A DNA stretch of 64,000 nt from a virus (lineage: Duplodnaviria > Heunggongvirae > Uroviricota > Caudoviricetes): IMG/VR virus record IMGVR_UViG_3300043464_002177. The stretch is one strand, 5' to 3'. Under the pieces are notes generated by a model. That model ran no database searches. It was not told where the DNA came from and saw only the letters and a list, made by a program, of their open reading frames with translations. Positions 24,988-34,360 of this stretch are shown here, one piece after another (position 1 is the stretch's first letter; each line of letters opens with the position of its first letter). Made by a program: the position numbers and the translations under genes.

Positions 24988-25287
24988 TTATTTGTTTGGT
25001 TTTCTACCTTTTCTTGGGGCTCCATTTGCCGCTTTAGCTACCTGTTTAGCCTGTTCGGTTACCTTTTTTGCTGCTTTAACAACATCTTTAGCCTCTTCCT
25101 GTACTCTTTTAGCTCTTTTAGCCACAGCAACCTTCACTTCTTCTACTTTCTCTTTTACCTCAGCTACTTTCTCTTCAACAGCGTCAGGAACACCGTTCTT
25201 ATCTTCGTCTTTTACGAATCCAAATTTTGTTGCTACAAGCACTCCGGCTACAACAACTGCAAGAATAATTAAAACTGTAATAAGCAT
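24988..25287 (-). CDS. membrane-anchored K/E/A-rich coiled-coil protein
   Basis: N-terminal TM helix then KVAEVKEKVEEVKVAVAKRAKRVQEEAKD repeats. Confidence 0.5.
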   Translation of the reverse strand: MLITVLIILAVVVAGVLVATKFGFVKDEDKNGVPDAVEEKVAEVKEKVEEVKVAVAKRAKRVQEEAKDVVKAAKKVTEQAKQVAKAANGAPRKGRKPNK

Positions 25288-25349
25288 AAATGTTATGTTT
25301 TATATATAAATATAGTGAAAAATGGGAAAATTTTGAAGTGTAAATGTGA

Positions 25350-25550
25350 TTATTCTTCAAGTGTTTTCATATGATTGATGTACTCATCACACTGTTTTAA
25401 TTTAGTGATGAGCATACCTCTTACATACATTCCAAGTAATCTGTCATCGGTGTTCGACTCTATTAATTCTCTTGAAACTGTTACACTTTTTTTATACTCT
25501 TCAGTCAATTCAATTGCTTGTTTAATGTAAGGATTATATCTCTTTTTCAT
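25350..25550 (-). CDS. hypothetical protein
   Basis: ORF. Confidence 0.45.
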   Translation of the reverse strand: MKKRYNPYIKQAIELTEEYKKSVTVSRELIESNTDDRLLGMYVRGMLITKLKQCDEYINHMKTLEE

Positions 25551-25552
25551 AA

Positions 25553-26734
25553 CTAATTATATAATTTTTTATTATTTTTCTTTGCATCGTCCCAATTATA
25601 AAAAATATCCCACCAATTAGTCACCACTTTTCCATCAAAAGTAATTTTCTTTTCGCTAGGAATAGATTGAAACCAATATACCAACCAAGAACCATGTGGA
25701 TCACCACCACCAATCCAATTTCCAATAAACATATTCCATTTGGTATGCGATTTGGTCTTATTAAGACTTATTTGGCTATTCCTAATTTCTTTTTTCCAAA
25801 TAGCAGAAGTTACAGTATCTTTTTTACCACCATTTGGATTCCAATCAGCAATATCTGATACAATTTTTCTACCATTATCATAATCATAATCTCTCATTGA
25901 ATTTGGTGTAAAGTGTGTGTTACCACATCTACCTTCTGTATCGGCACCAACTTTCCCAACAAATTTATTTGAAAAAAAATTATCGTCAATATTTCTCATT
26001 TGAGCTTCAATCTGATGTCCTCTACAATGAATCATTTCAGCATATGTTCCTCTATAATAATGACCATACACAACATATGTTTTATTATAAACAGGTAAGT
26101 CTGATTTATCCATAAGACTATTTGATACATCACCATATGGAGATGACATATTAGATTCTGGAACCATCATATTAACCCCCAAACTATAGTTAAACCAAAC
26201 TTCTTTAACACCTTCTTCTTCAACTAGTTTTTTAAGTCCTATAGAATCGAACAAAGCTTTATAGTTTGGTACATTGCTATTATTATAAAATGTAATAGTA
26301 TGTAGTTTAAAATATTTTACAATCTTTATACCGACATAAGGTACTTCTGTTGGGTTATTATAACTACGAAATTTTGAACCTTCTTCAATGGCAAACTTAG
26401 CCCTTTCGTTATTGTTTAATGTCCAATTAAACACATCGTCTTTATTCAAATCAGAAACAACGGTTCCAGCAACACTAGGTAGATCTTTTTTGACACTTTC
26501 CAGTAATATACCGTTAGTATCTGTTGGTATAAAATCAATTATAATAACAGGAATAATTAATTTTGCCCCAGCTGCTGGTGTAGAAAGGTATGATGTGATT
26601 GTTGTATCAACAATCGATTTGAATTTATAGGTAGCAGTTTGTGGTTGCTGAACAACAGGCTGCTGCTTCTGTGGGGTTGGTATATCTTCCTTATTGCAAG
26701 AAAATAATACTAATATTATTAGCAAATATCTCAT
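25553..26734 (-). CDS. hypothetical surface lipoprotein (393 aa)
   Basis: MRYLLIILVLFSCNKEDIP: lipobox plus N-K-E-D after Cys resembling the Bacteroidetes export signal. Confidence 0.5.
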   Translation of the reverse strand: MRYLLIILVLFSCNKEDIPTPQKQQPVVQQPQTATYKFKSIVDTTITSYLSTPAAGAKLIIPVIIIDFIPTDTNGILLESVKKDLPSVAGTVVSDLNKDDVFNWTLNNNERAKFAIEEGSKFRSYNNPTEVPYVGIKIVKYFKLHTITFYNNSNVPNYKALFDSIGLKKLVEEEGVKEVWFNYSLGVNMMVPESNMSSPYGDVSNSLMDKSDLPVYNKTYVVYGHYYRGTYAEMIHCRGHQIEAQMRNIDDNFFSNKFVGKVGADTEGRCGNTHFTPNSMRDYDYDNGRKIVSDIADWNPNGGKKDTVTSAIWKKEIRNSQISLNKTKSHTKWNMFIGNWIGGGDPHGSWLVYWFQSIPSEKKITFDGKVVTNWWDIFYNWDDAKKNNKKLYN

Positions 26735-26790
26735 AGTTTTACTTTTTATGAAGCAAAATTAGCAATAATTTGTGATATTCCAAATTTTTT

Positions 26791-27729
26791 TTATAATTCA
26801 AACTTAACAACTGGCTCAAAATCATCTGGAACTTGATCCCAGAAATCCTTACCAACCTTTTCTATAAAGGTAACATCCTCGTTTTCTTTGGTGATATTGA
26901 TTTTCAATATTGGGTTTCCTTCTTTGATTAATTTTTTAATTCTTTTCTCAACATAAGGAATAATATCATTATAATAATCTGTGAACCATTCTCCACCGGT
27001 ACCTCTGTCTTCATAATAATTATGAAGTTCGGTTTCAAGATTTCTACACAATTTGGTTGGCATATACCATGCTTTCAATGCTTTAACATATAGTGGTGAA
27101 AGTGTACCACCATGTCTTTTATCTTTTGATAAATCTCCCATTCTTTTCCCAACCACTTTTGCTATTCCAATTTTCTTATCAAAACTTTGGAATTTAAATT
27201 GTTCTGGTCTTTCATCTTCTTTCTTATCAGCAAACTCTGCGATATATAAAAAGTTTTTGCTGACATTATCCAATTCACTTTTTTCTTCTTCATCCTCAAC
27301 AGACCTCATTGCGAAAGTCTTAACACCATTAACATCAATACTATAATCTCTAAAAAAATCTATTCTGAATTTTGTATACTGACTATAAGATCTAATCGAA
27401 TCATAAGTTTTTAAATGCCTGGCTAATTCTTTTGCTGATGTAGCGATAATTTTTTCGTTGATGTTCTCAACATCCAGAACATCCATTATATCAACAGCAA
27501 GCGCTTGTATTGATTCTGGGATATCATATACCTTTGGTTTGATACCGCTAGCGTCAACAATGGTTTCATTATTTAATAGTTCTTTCCAGGTGATCTTGGA
27601 AAGGAATGTGTAATCGCATTGAATCTCTTCAATACATTTTAATGTGAAATACCATTCGAAATACCCTTGGGCTTTTAGATCTGCATATATGAATTGTACA
27701 TCAGCATCAGTTAGATAAATTAACTTCAT
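26791..27729 (-). CDS. hypothetical protein (312 aa)
   Basis: ORF immediately upstream of ArdC-like gene. Confidence 0.5.
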   Translation of the reverse strand: MKLIYLTDADVQFIYADLKAQGYFEWYFTLKCIEEIQCDYTFLSKITWKELLNNETIVDASGIKPKVYDIPESIQALAVDIMDVLDVENINEKIIATSAKELARHLKTYDSIRSYSQYTKFRIDFFRDYSIDVNGVKTFAMRSVEDEEEKSELDNVSKNFLYIAEFADKKEDERPEQFKFQSFDKKIGIAKVVGKRMGDLSKDKRHGGTLSPLYVKALKAWYMPTKLCRNLETELHNYYEDRGTGGEWFTDYYNDIIPYVEKRIKKLIKEGNPILKINITKENEDVTFIEKVGKDFWDQVPDDFEPVVKFEL

Positions 27730-27788
27730 TAAAAATTAATGTTTAACATAGTTTATTGCTAAGAAAAATATAAGAAAAAAAATCCATA

Positions 27789-27819
27789 AAAAAAAATCCC
27801 CGTAAGAAATTACGAGGAT
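27789..27819 (-). terminator. Terminator-like hairpin (- strand)
   Basis: ATCCCCGTAA/TTACGAGGAT imperfect stem preceded by A8 on + strand. Confidence 0.35.
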
Positions 27820-27843
27820 TAATATTGCTACTTGTGATGGGGA

Positions 27844-27969
27844 TTAGAAAATTGCTTCAATTATCGCTTTGCCAAAAACAAATGCAAATGTAAATAATAT
27901 TATACCAACAGCGGCCGCTATGATAAAGACAGCACCATTAACGATTTTTTCCCAATTAATTTTTTTCAT
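27844..27969 (-). CDS. hypothetical 41-aa membrane micro-protein (not in track)
   Basis: MKKINWEKIVNGAVFIIAAAVGIILFTFAFVFGKAIIEAIF; single TM. Confidence 0.3.
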   Translation of the reverse strand: MKKINWEKIVNGAVFIIAAAVGIILFTFAFVFGKAIIEAIF

Positions 27970-28022
27970 ATATTCAAACATTAGTTATATATAATATAAT
28001 GAAAATAATCCTAAATAAAAAA

Positions 28023-29264
28023 TTATTCAGTATCTTTTTCTACATTATTATCAGACATTGATTCAACACCATCAATGATAAATTTAGAACACTTAACAAT
28101 TACATTCAAATTTACCATAATCTTTTCTTTATTGGCTTTCCACAATGCTAGATATGTTGGATGTTGTGTCACTGGTAATTCAAAATACTTCATTACAGCA
28201 TATGAAACAGACTCAGCTTGCAACTCTCTCATCTCTGCAGTTTGCGCTGCTGGATCGTCAATATAGAATGGTGATTTAGTTTTCCAGTGTAATAATTCGT
28301 GAGCTAATTCGTGTACTAATACACTCGCAACAGCCACACCTTCAATATCAGAAGATAAATTAATGTGTTCACCTGCACTGAAACCTTTTTCACCACCTTT
28401 AGCTGTATCTTTGGTTACTTTAATATTTAATGATTCTGCAAATTGTTTTAATTTGTTTACCAACTCATCAGCAACTTCATTCTTATCATTCTCAGCATAC
28501 CATTTTGGTGTTTCTGGTACTTCACCTTTTTCGTTCAATGGATATGTGTCAGATAAATCATATACCTTACCCATTGAGAATCTGGTAACAGTTTGACCTT
28601 TCTTTACGGCATCATCAACTTGACTAAAATCAACACCTGTTGTGTCAACTTCAGCGTCTGCTTTAACTTGCATTGGAAACCAAATCCAAATAGCTGTTGC
28701 ACCCTTTTTAACCCCACGATTATTTTTCTTCCAGGTGTTATAACCAGCAACCTTCTTAGCGTCTTTCTTTTGTAGATAGATCAAGAATGAATTGGTTAAA
28801 CTATAGTTGTGAAATCTACTATAGAAGGTTAGATAGTTTCTAATTGCAGCATCCATAGCCGCTTGATCGGTAGCATTAGCTAAGTCGTTAATGTACATAT
28901 CAAGCTTATCCATGATTAAGTTTTTCTTTGATTGTTCAACGTCAGTTTCCTCAATGAAATTCTCAAGCATTTCAAGATCGTCAATGATCTTTCTTAATTT
29001 GTTATGCCCCTTTATTAGAACATTAACCGCTTCAAGTTTATCATAGTCACCAACCCAGTGTCCTAGATCTGGTTTCCAATCAAAACCTAGTTTTCTAAAC
29101 TCTTTGGATAAACCAATAGTCTCTTTAACTCTATCTCTTTTATCCTCTTTGTCTGAAAATATTACAATTTTCTTATTTGTATCGTCTTTTTTAAGGAATA
29201 TGTCTTCCTTTAAATCAGCTTGTAGCGTTGGCCACTCGGATTCTTTAATTCTAATCTTTTTCAT
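28023..29264 (-). CDS. ArdC-like anti-restriction protein (N-terminal ssDNA-binding domain + C-terminal HExxH zincin domain)
   Basis: YLTFYSRFHNYSLTNSFLIYLQ resembles the ArdC N-domain signature; HELAHELLH metalloprotease motif in C-terminal third. Confidence 0.5.
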   Translation of the reverse strand: MKKIRIKESEWPTLQADLKEDIFLKKDDTNKKIVIFSDKEDKRDRVKETIGLSKEFRKLGFDWKPDLGHWVGDYDKLEAVNVLIKGHNKLRKIIDDLEMLENFIEETDVEQSKKNLIMDKLDMYINDLANATDQAAMDAAIRNYLTFYSRFHNYSLTNSFLIYLQKKDAKKVAGYNTWKKNNRGVKKGATAIWIWFPMQVKADAEVDTTGVDFSQVDDAVKKGQTVTRFSMGKVYDLSDTYPLNEKGEVPETPKWYAENDKNEVADELVNKLKQFAESLNIKVTKDTAKGGEKGFSAGEHINLSSDIEGVAVASVLVHELAHELLHWKTKSPFYIDDPAAQTAEMRELQAESVSYAVMKYFELPVTQHPTYLALWKANKEKIMVNLNVIVKCSKFIIDGVESMSDNNVEKDTE

Positions 29265-29277
29265 AATATATAAATAT

Positions 29278-29302
29278 TAAAAAACCCGGAATAATCCGGG
29301 TC
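29278..29302 (-). terminator. Rho-independent terminator (- strand)
   Basis: ACCCGGA/TCCGGGT stem with A-run on + strand, just downstream of 29308..29724. Confidence 0.55.
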
Positions 29303-29307
29303 TTATA

Positions 29308-29724
29308 TTATCTGTTATCCTTGATATCGATATAGTTATCGTGGAAATCGGTTCCCAACTTATTAAGAATGAGTCTAGCTCTTAATCTAAACACGTCATC
29401 ATATTGACAATGATCCTTAAATTTAAGTAACTGGTGTCTTATCGTTGTGTGATCTCTACCGCCCAGAATCTGACCAATTGAAACAAGGGTCATGTTTAGT
29501 TTAATTTTTAAAACACCGGATAAAAGTTTTCTACTGTTAACAATTTCCGATTTTCTAGATCCAGATGATAACTCTTCTAGAGTTACATTACCTTCTTTAC
29601 AAATCACCTCGATAATTTCTTCTTTTGTCATAAGTGTTTTTTTGTAGTTAAGATAAGGGTACCTTTCTTTAGAAAGCCCAGCCATTTTTAAGCCAGGGAA
29701 ACTATAAGGACTAATCATTTCCAT
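29308..29724 (-). CDS. DnaA C-terminal (domain IV) DNA-binding domain-like protein
   Basis: SRKLLSGVLKIKLNMTLVSIGQILGGRDHTTIRHQLLKFKD resembles the DnaA HTH signature (G-x-x-DHTTV-h); no AAA+ domain present. Confidence 0.45.
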   Translation of the reverse strand: MEMISPYSFPGLKMAGLSKERYPYLNYKKTLMTKEEIIEVICKEGNVTLEELSSGSRKSEIVNSRKLLSGVLKIKLNMTLVSIGQILGGRDHTTIRHQLLKFKDHCQYDDVFRLRARLILNKLGTDFHDNYIDIKDNR

Positions 29725-29730
29725 ATTTTA

Positions 29731-29770
29731 ATGTTTTCACAAATATATCCACATTTGTGAATCCACCCAA
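29731..29770. promoter_or_regulatory. DnaA-box-like palindrome upstream of DnaA-CTD-like gene
   Basis: TTCACAAATAT-ATCCAC-ATTTGTGAA-TCCACCC: 9-bp perfect inverted repeat flanking TATCCACA; second ATCCAC 9 nt downstream. Confidence 0.4.
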
Positions 29771-29778
29771 ATATATTT

Positions 29779-30399
29779 TTAGAACGGCATTTCGTCTAAA
29801 ACACCATAGATTTCTGGCTTACTACCAAATCTATTGGTTACAATCTTATAAATGGTACGGGTTAATTCAATATCATATTGTGCATCGTGAAGTTTAGATT
29901 CATCAATTTCAATACCAACGGCTGTAGCCACACTCATCAATTTGAAGTTTGGCATCGCAACTCTTTTTTCTAAAAGATATTCAGTTGCTAACACCATAAC
30001 ATCCAATGTGTTCCCCCAGAAATAAGAATTAAAGAAATCATCTTTCTGATGAATCTCATACCATCTTCTTAAGAAAGGATTATCAAAAGATGCATTATTA
30101 TACCCAACCAAAAACATCTTATCTGTTTTCTTATACCTGTTAATGTATCTATTAACCATCGCCATAAACTTAGCAAACATAGCTTCTGACGGCTCGTATG
30201 TTGCCAACATATCCATTGTTACATTCGATACTTCCAATGCTTTTGGTTCAATAACAGCACCTTCATATGGTTGCATCTTAAAGTTAAATTCTTCCACAAC
30301 AGTACCATCTATTTCAATACAACCTGAAAATTGATGAATAGCATTTGAGCGATAGTCTAACCCAGTTGTCTCCAGGTCAAAGAAAAGTTTTTTGATCAT
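29779..30399 (-). CDS. DnaQ-like 3'-5' exonuclease (DEDDh family)
   Basis: Start at MIKKLFFDLETTGL (Exo I motif); HDAQYDIELT Exo III motif with His. Confidence 0.65.
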   Translation of the reverse strand: MIKKLFFDLETTGLDYRSNAIHQFSGCIEIDGTVVEEFNFKMQPYEGAVIEPKALEVSNVTMDMLATYEPSEAMFAKFMAMVNRYINRYKKTDKMFLVGYNNASFDNPFLRRWYEIHQKDDFFNSYFWGNTLDVMVLATEYLLEKRVAMPNFKLMSVATAVGIEIDESKLHDAQYDIELTRTIYKIVTNRFGSKPEIYGVLDEMPF

Positions 30400-30410
30400 G
30401 ATATTTTTTG

Positions 30411-30878
30411 TTAATGATTGATGACCCAAATTCTTAGGTCTGAAAGTTTAGATAATGTTTTTCTTTTGTTTTTTGGTGAAGATAAGATCACAAGATCATC
30501 ATCAGTAATTTCTGTTAAGATCCATTTAGCCATGGGGTTTGCCCAAGATGTTGTATATTCACCACCGATCTCAATCTTTTCAGGTATCTTTTTTGTCCAT
30601 TGTGTTTCAGAATTTTGTCTTTTCATATCCCAATGAACAAAATCTAATTTAAAATGCTTACAGAACCTTCTTAGAAGCGTATCTTTCGACTCTACGGTTG
30701 TTTTGCTAGTATTTGTATTCAGAACTTTAAACACGAAAGGATTGTTCTTAAATGGCAAAAGATCAACGATGTATGTTACTTTAGCAGTATCAACAGCAAT
30801 CTGATCTTTAGAGTGTTCTCTAAAGGGTATATTGTATTTTGTGAATAAATCTCGATTTTTTGTTGATTGGCCCGCCAT
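30411..30878 (-). CDS. hypothetical protein
   Basis: ORF. Confidence 0.5.
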   Translation of the reverse strand: MAGQSTKNRDLFTKYNIPFREHSKDQIAVDTAKVTYIVDLLPFKNNPFVFKVLNTNTSKTTVESKDTLLRRFCKHFKLDFVHWDMKRQNSETQWTKKIPEKIEIGGEYTTSWANPMAKWILTEITDDDLVILSSPKNKRKTLSKLSDLRIWVINH

Positions 30879-30922
30879 TAAAACTAATATAGTGAATTTT
30901 GTTTAAAAAAAGAAAATTTGTT

Positions 30923-31399
30923 CTAGTTTTCTTTTGATCTGTCCCATTTAGCTTTTCTAGCTTCTGGTGACAATTGGATATCTTCGTCTATAGTGTGTTC
31001 AATATGTGCGCGAATGCAGGTTTGTGATAATCGACAGTTCATAAGGTAATTGTTAATATACCCCATGATGTTTGCACTACCAATAGGATTTGCAGAGTGA
31101 ACATAAATTTGTGGTAAGGGTATGCTCTTCCCCATACTTTCTGCAACAAGAAACTTTGCGGCATCATAGCCTGTCTTCTCGTTGATGTTTTGATAATCTA
31201 ATGTGTAGTTGTTTCTTACATTTGTATAGTATTCAACCATAGCCTGTTCGCCTAGGTCATGATCCAATGAAATGATTTCAAACGAATCCAATCCATGAAA
31301 CTTAACCTGGGCAACAAACTCATCATAGTTTCTACATACTATCCAATTATCAGTAACTGGTGTTCTAACATCGTCAAGATAAAGGTATTTCTTTTCCAT
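30923..31399 (-). CDS. hypothetical protein
   Basis: ORF; SLDHDLG ... HSANPIG pattern, family not confidently recognised. Confidence 0.5.
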   Translation of the reverse strand: MEKKYLYLDDVRTPVTDNWIVCRNYDEFVAQVKFHGLDSFEIISLDHDLGEQAMVEYYTNVRNNYTLDYQNINEKTGYDAAKFLVAESMGKSIPLPQIYVHSANPIGSANIMGYINNYLMNCRLSQTCIRAHIEHTIDEDIQLSPEARKAKWDRSKEN

Positions 31400-31541
31400 T
31401 ATGATTTTTTTCTGTGAAGACCTTTCTGCTGATTAAGCTTTCTAGATTTCTTCGCCATTTTAGTTCTGTTTTTCTGTTTTTTTTCTCTTTTTGTTAACAT
31501 TTTAATTGATTTTATATCAATTAAATATATGTTAACCGCTA

Positions 31542-32471
31542 TTAGTTTACTGGCTTATATAGCATTGGTGCTGCACCATAAACAGGGAGCTTACCATCCC
31601 ATTTGTTAATCCACTCTAATTGTAATAGCATTGGTGTGATGGTCTTTTGTTTTAAACTATTTGCTTCAGCCTCAGCTTTAGCAGATGTTAACATCGCTTG
31701 AGCATTACCTTGTGCAGTTGCTACTTTGATCTTCGCCTCAGCTTCTGCTTGTTTAACTTTATTCTCAGCCATCAATGCACCTTGAACAGCATTGTTCTTA
31801 GCTTCAATAGCTTTCTTAAATGTTTCTGGATATAATAGGTTTGATGTGAATTGAGTGATAACAAATCCTTCTTTACCTAATTCACCATCTAAGATTCTAC
31901 GAACTTCAATTTCAAACTTCTGACGATTACTAATCAATTCATCAGCAGTGTAAACGTTAGTTGCTAATCTAAATGCATCAAACACAGCGGTCTTTAAAAA
32001 ACCTTCTTCGATCTGCTCTAAACTTCTGCGGTACTTCGCAAATATTTGTGGAACTTTTTCTCTTTGTACAGAGTAGTTGATGATTGGTGAAACGTGAAAC
32101 TCACTACCATCTTTACTGTTTACTACGAACGAATTCTCACCTGTATATTCTTTGTGTTGAATGAATGTTGGGAACTCATAAATGCTATGTGTGATTGGAT
32201 TGAAGAATACCATACCGGTAACTTCGACTACATCACTAACACCTTTATTATCACCATACTGGTTTACTTTAACACCAACATGTCCTGCATCAATTCTCTC
32301 GCAAGAGAAGAAAAAAAAGGTTAATGTAAAAAATACACCAACACCGATTAAAATGTTTCTCATCATTTGTTTTTGTTTTATTTGTTTTCTTATTAGTTCT
32401 TCTTGTTCTTGTTTAGCTCGTTCAATTAATCTTTGAGCTCGTTTTTCTTGTTCCTCTTCCCAATAACCCAT
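31542..32471 (-). CDS. SPFH/band-7 (stomatin/HflC-like) membrane protein
   Basis: TM segment then SPFH-like core; C-terminal A/E/K-rich coiled coil (AENKVKQAEAEAKIKVATAQGNAQAMLTSAKAEAEANSLKQK). Confidence 0.5.
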   Translation of the reverse strand: MGYWEEEQEKRAQRLIERAKQEQEELIRKQIKQKQMMRNILIGVGVFFTLTFFFFSCERIDAGHVGVKVNQYGDNKGVSDVVEVTGMVFFNPITHSIYEFPTFIQHKEYTGENSFVVNSKDGSEFHVSPIINYSVQREKVPQIFAKYRRSLEQIEEGFLKTAVFDAFRLATNVYTADELISNRQKFEIEVRRILDGELGKEGFVITQFTSNLLYPETFKKAIEAKNNAVQGALMAENKVKQAEAEAKIKVATAQGNAQAMLTSAKAEAEANSLKQKTITPMLLQLEWINKWDGKLPVYGAAPMLYKPVN

Positions 32472-32472
32472 A

Positions 32473-32922
32473 TTAGTTGTTTTTAGTGTTTGATTTTTTA
32501 ACTGGATGATGTGGTGGTAAAGGGTATTCCGATTTCTTTTTCTTTCTGGTTTTTAGAAATGGTTCATCACTTTTAACACCATCGAATTGTTTAGCATTTC
32601 TTTTCTTTTTTGGTTTTAACTCTTCTGGATTAATATAATCCAATTCAGTTTCACCTGGCTCAATGTTTATAAATTGGTCAACAAACTTATCCATGTTTAT
32701 ATAATAGTAAACAAAGATCAGCGTGAATAATCCGAGAATGCCTGATAAAATATTAAACATTGTGTTCGCCGCAGTTAATCCTGGAAACACAATGAATGTA
32801 AAAATAGCAAATGCTCCGAAGCCAACAAAGATTGGTGTAGATGTTTTCTTCGAGAACACCTTTTTAAAAAGTTCTTTCATTTTTTTTTGGTTTAGTCGTT
32901 TATTATGTATGGTTGGGTTCAA
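32473..32922 (-). CDS. membrane protein co-operonic with SPFH gene (NfeD-like arrangement)
   Basis: Two TM helices; stop TAA abuts ATG of SPFH gene; C-terminal K-rich tail. Confidence 0.4.
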   Translation of the reverse strand: MNPTIHNKRLNQKKMKELFKKVFSKKTSTPIFVGFGAFAIFTFIVFPGLTAANTMFNILSGILGLFTLIFVYYYINMDKFVDQFINIEPGETELDYINPEELKPKKKRNAKQFDGVKSDEPFLKTRKKKKSEYPLPPHHPVKKSNTKNN

Positions 32923-33102
32923 AGCTTCAATTAAAAAAATCTTAATGGAAGTTTAAAGTTTGAGGAATAAATGTTGATTCGTTGATTGTTAATTGTTGAA
33001 TTCATTAACGATATCTATTCATCAGGCTTAGTTGATATGTCAAATGACTTGTGGCCATTCGTCTTAATTTAATTAATATCCACTTATCCCCCAACCAATA
33101 TT

Positions 33103-33555
33103 TTATTCACCAGATGTGAATTCAATTAATGTAGTGTGGTTCCACTGATCAAGTTGATCTTGTAAAGATTCAATTCTTGTTTCCAAACTTTTAACCATAC
33201 CATCTCTTTCAACGATATTGATTTCGGCGTGTTTAACTACCGGCTCACCTTCACCCCATCTACCGCCAGCAACTTTTCCTGACGAACAGTTTAGTGATTT
33301 TAAATGCTTTACCTGGTTTTTCAATTCTGATAATTCAAATATCTTATCATAAATTGGAGCGTTAGCTTTATGAATAGCGCTCTTTAATACAATCAACTCA
33401 TTTGTTAATTGCATCCACTTACCAATTGCTTCTGTTGCAGAGTATGGACGTGGATTACCCTCATCAACAACATTATATTGTGATGCTTTGTGAAACTCTT
33501 CACTAATCATCCCGACTAGTTTGTTTTTCTTCTTTAATGCTTGTTTAATATTCAT
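33103..33555 (-). CDS. hypothetical protein
   Basis: ORF. Confidence 0.5.
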   Translation of the reverse strand: MNIKQALKKKNKLVGMISEEFHKASQYNVVDEGNPRPYSATEAIGKWMQLTNELIVLKSAIHKANAPIYDKIFELSELKNQVKHLKSLNCSSGKVAGGRWGEGEPVVKHAEINIVERDGMVKSLETRIESLQDQLDQWNHTTLIEFTSGE

Positions 33556-33706
33556 ATTGTTTTATTTTAAAATTTACCCCATTGAGATTTATCTCTGTTT
33601 TGTTCTGCGATTTTAAATCCTAACCAAACATCTTTAAAAAATTGTTTGATTTTATTAAATGTTGATTTCATAATTTAATATAGTTAAAATTATTTAAAAT
33701 AAAAAA

Positions 33707-34360
33707 TTAAGTGTCAACATTTTGTAAATCATCTGTGTGATGATCTAATGGCCCCATCTCACTTCCGATCTCTCTCTTCTTTAACATTTTTATAACTTCA
33801 TGCAAATCATATGGTTCAAAGTCTGGGTTACCATCCATACCGATGTCCATTCTTCTACCATTACTGATTTTTTGATTGTGTGGTAAATGACAATGTCCAT
33901 GTAAATGAATCCTACCCTTACGTAATCCATTCCAACTTGATATTGGGTAGTGACAACATTCAATTGTTTCGCCCATATATTCAAATTGTTCAAACCAGCT
34001 TACACTTTTAAACAAACTTCTTACACCACTTCTATTTCTATCAATGTGATGATCATGATTACCAAGAACTAAATGAATGTTCTTGCAAATCAATCGATTA
34101 TAAAACTCTTCAATGTTTTCAAATCCACCAAAGGACCAATCACCTAAATGGATCAACACATCATCTTGACCAGCACATTCATTTATACTATTAACAATAG
34201 CGGCATTCATTTTTTCTAATGTACCGAATGGTCTAGTCTGCGCTTCAGGAACCTCACCATTAGGTAAACGCCAGTTCGTAACACCTCTACATATATTTTT
34301 ATGTGAATAGTGAGTATCAGATGTAACCCAAACTTTAATATTGTTATCTATTCTTATCAT
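33707..34360 (-). CDS. calcineurin-like metallophosphoesterase
   Basis: VTSDTHYSH / HLGDWSFGG / LGNHDHH / HGHCHLPH motif series. Confidence 0.55.
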   Translation of the reverse strand: MIRIDNNIKVWVTSDTHYSHKNICRGVTNWRLPNGEVPEAQTRPFGTLEKMNAAIVNSINECAGQDDVLIHLGDWSFGGFENIEEFYNRLICKNIHLVLGNHDHHIDRNRSGVRSLFKSVSWFEQFEYMGETIECCHYPISSWNGLRKGRIHLHGHCHLPHNQKISNGRRMDIGMDGNPDFEPYDLHEVIKMLKKREIGSEMGPLDHHTDDLQNVDT

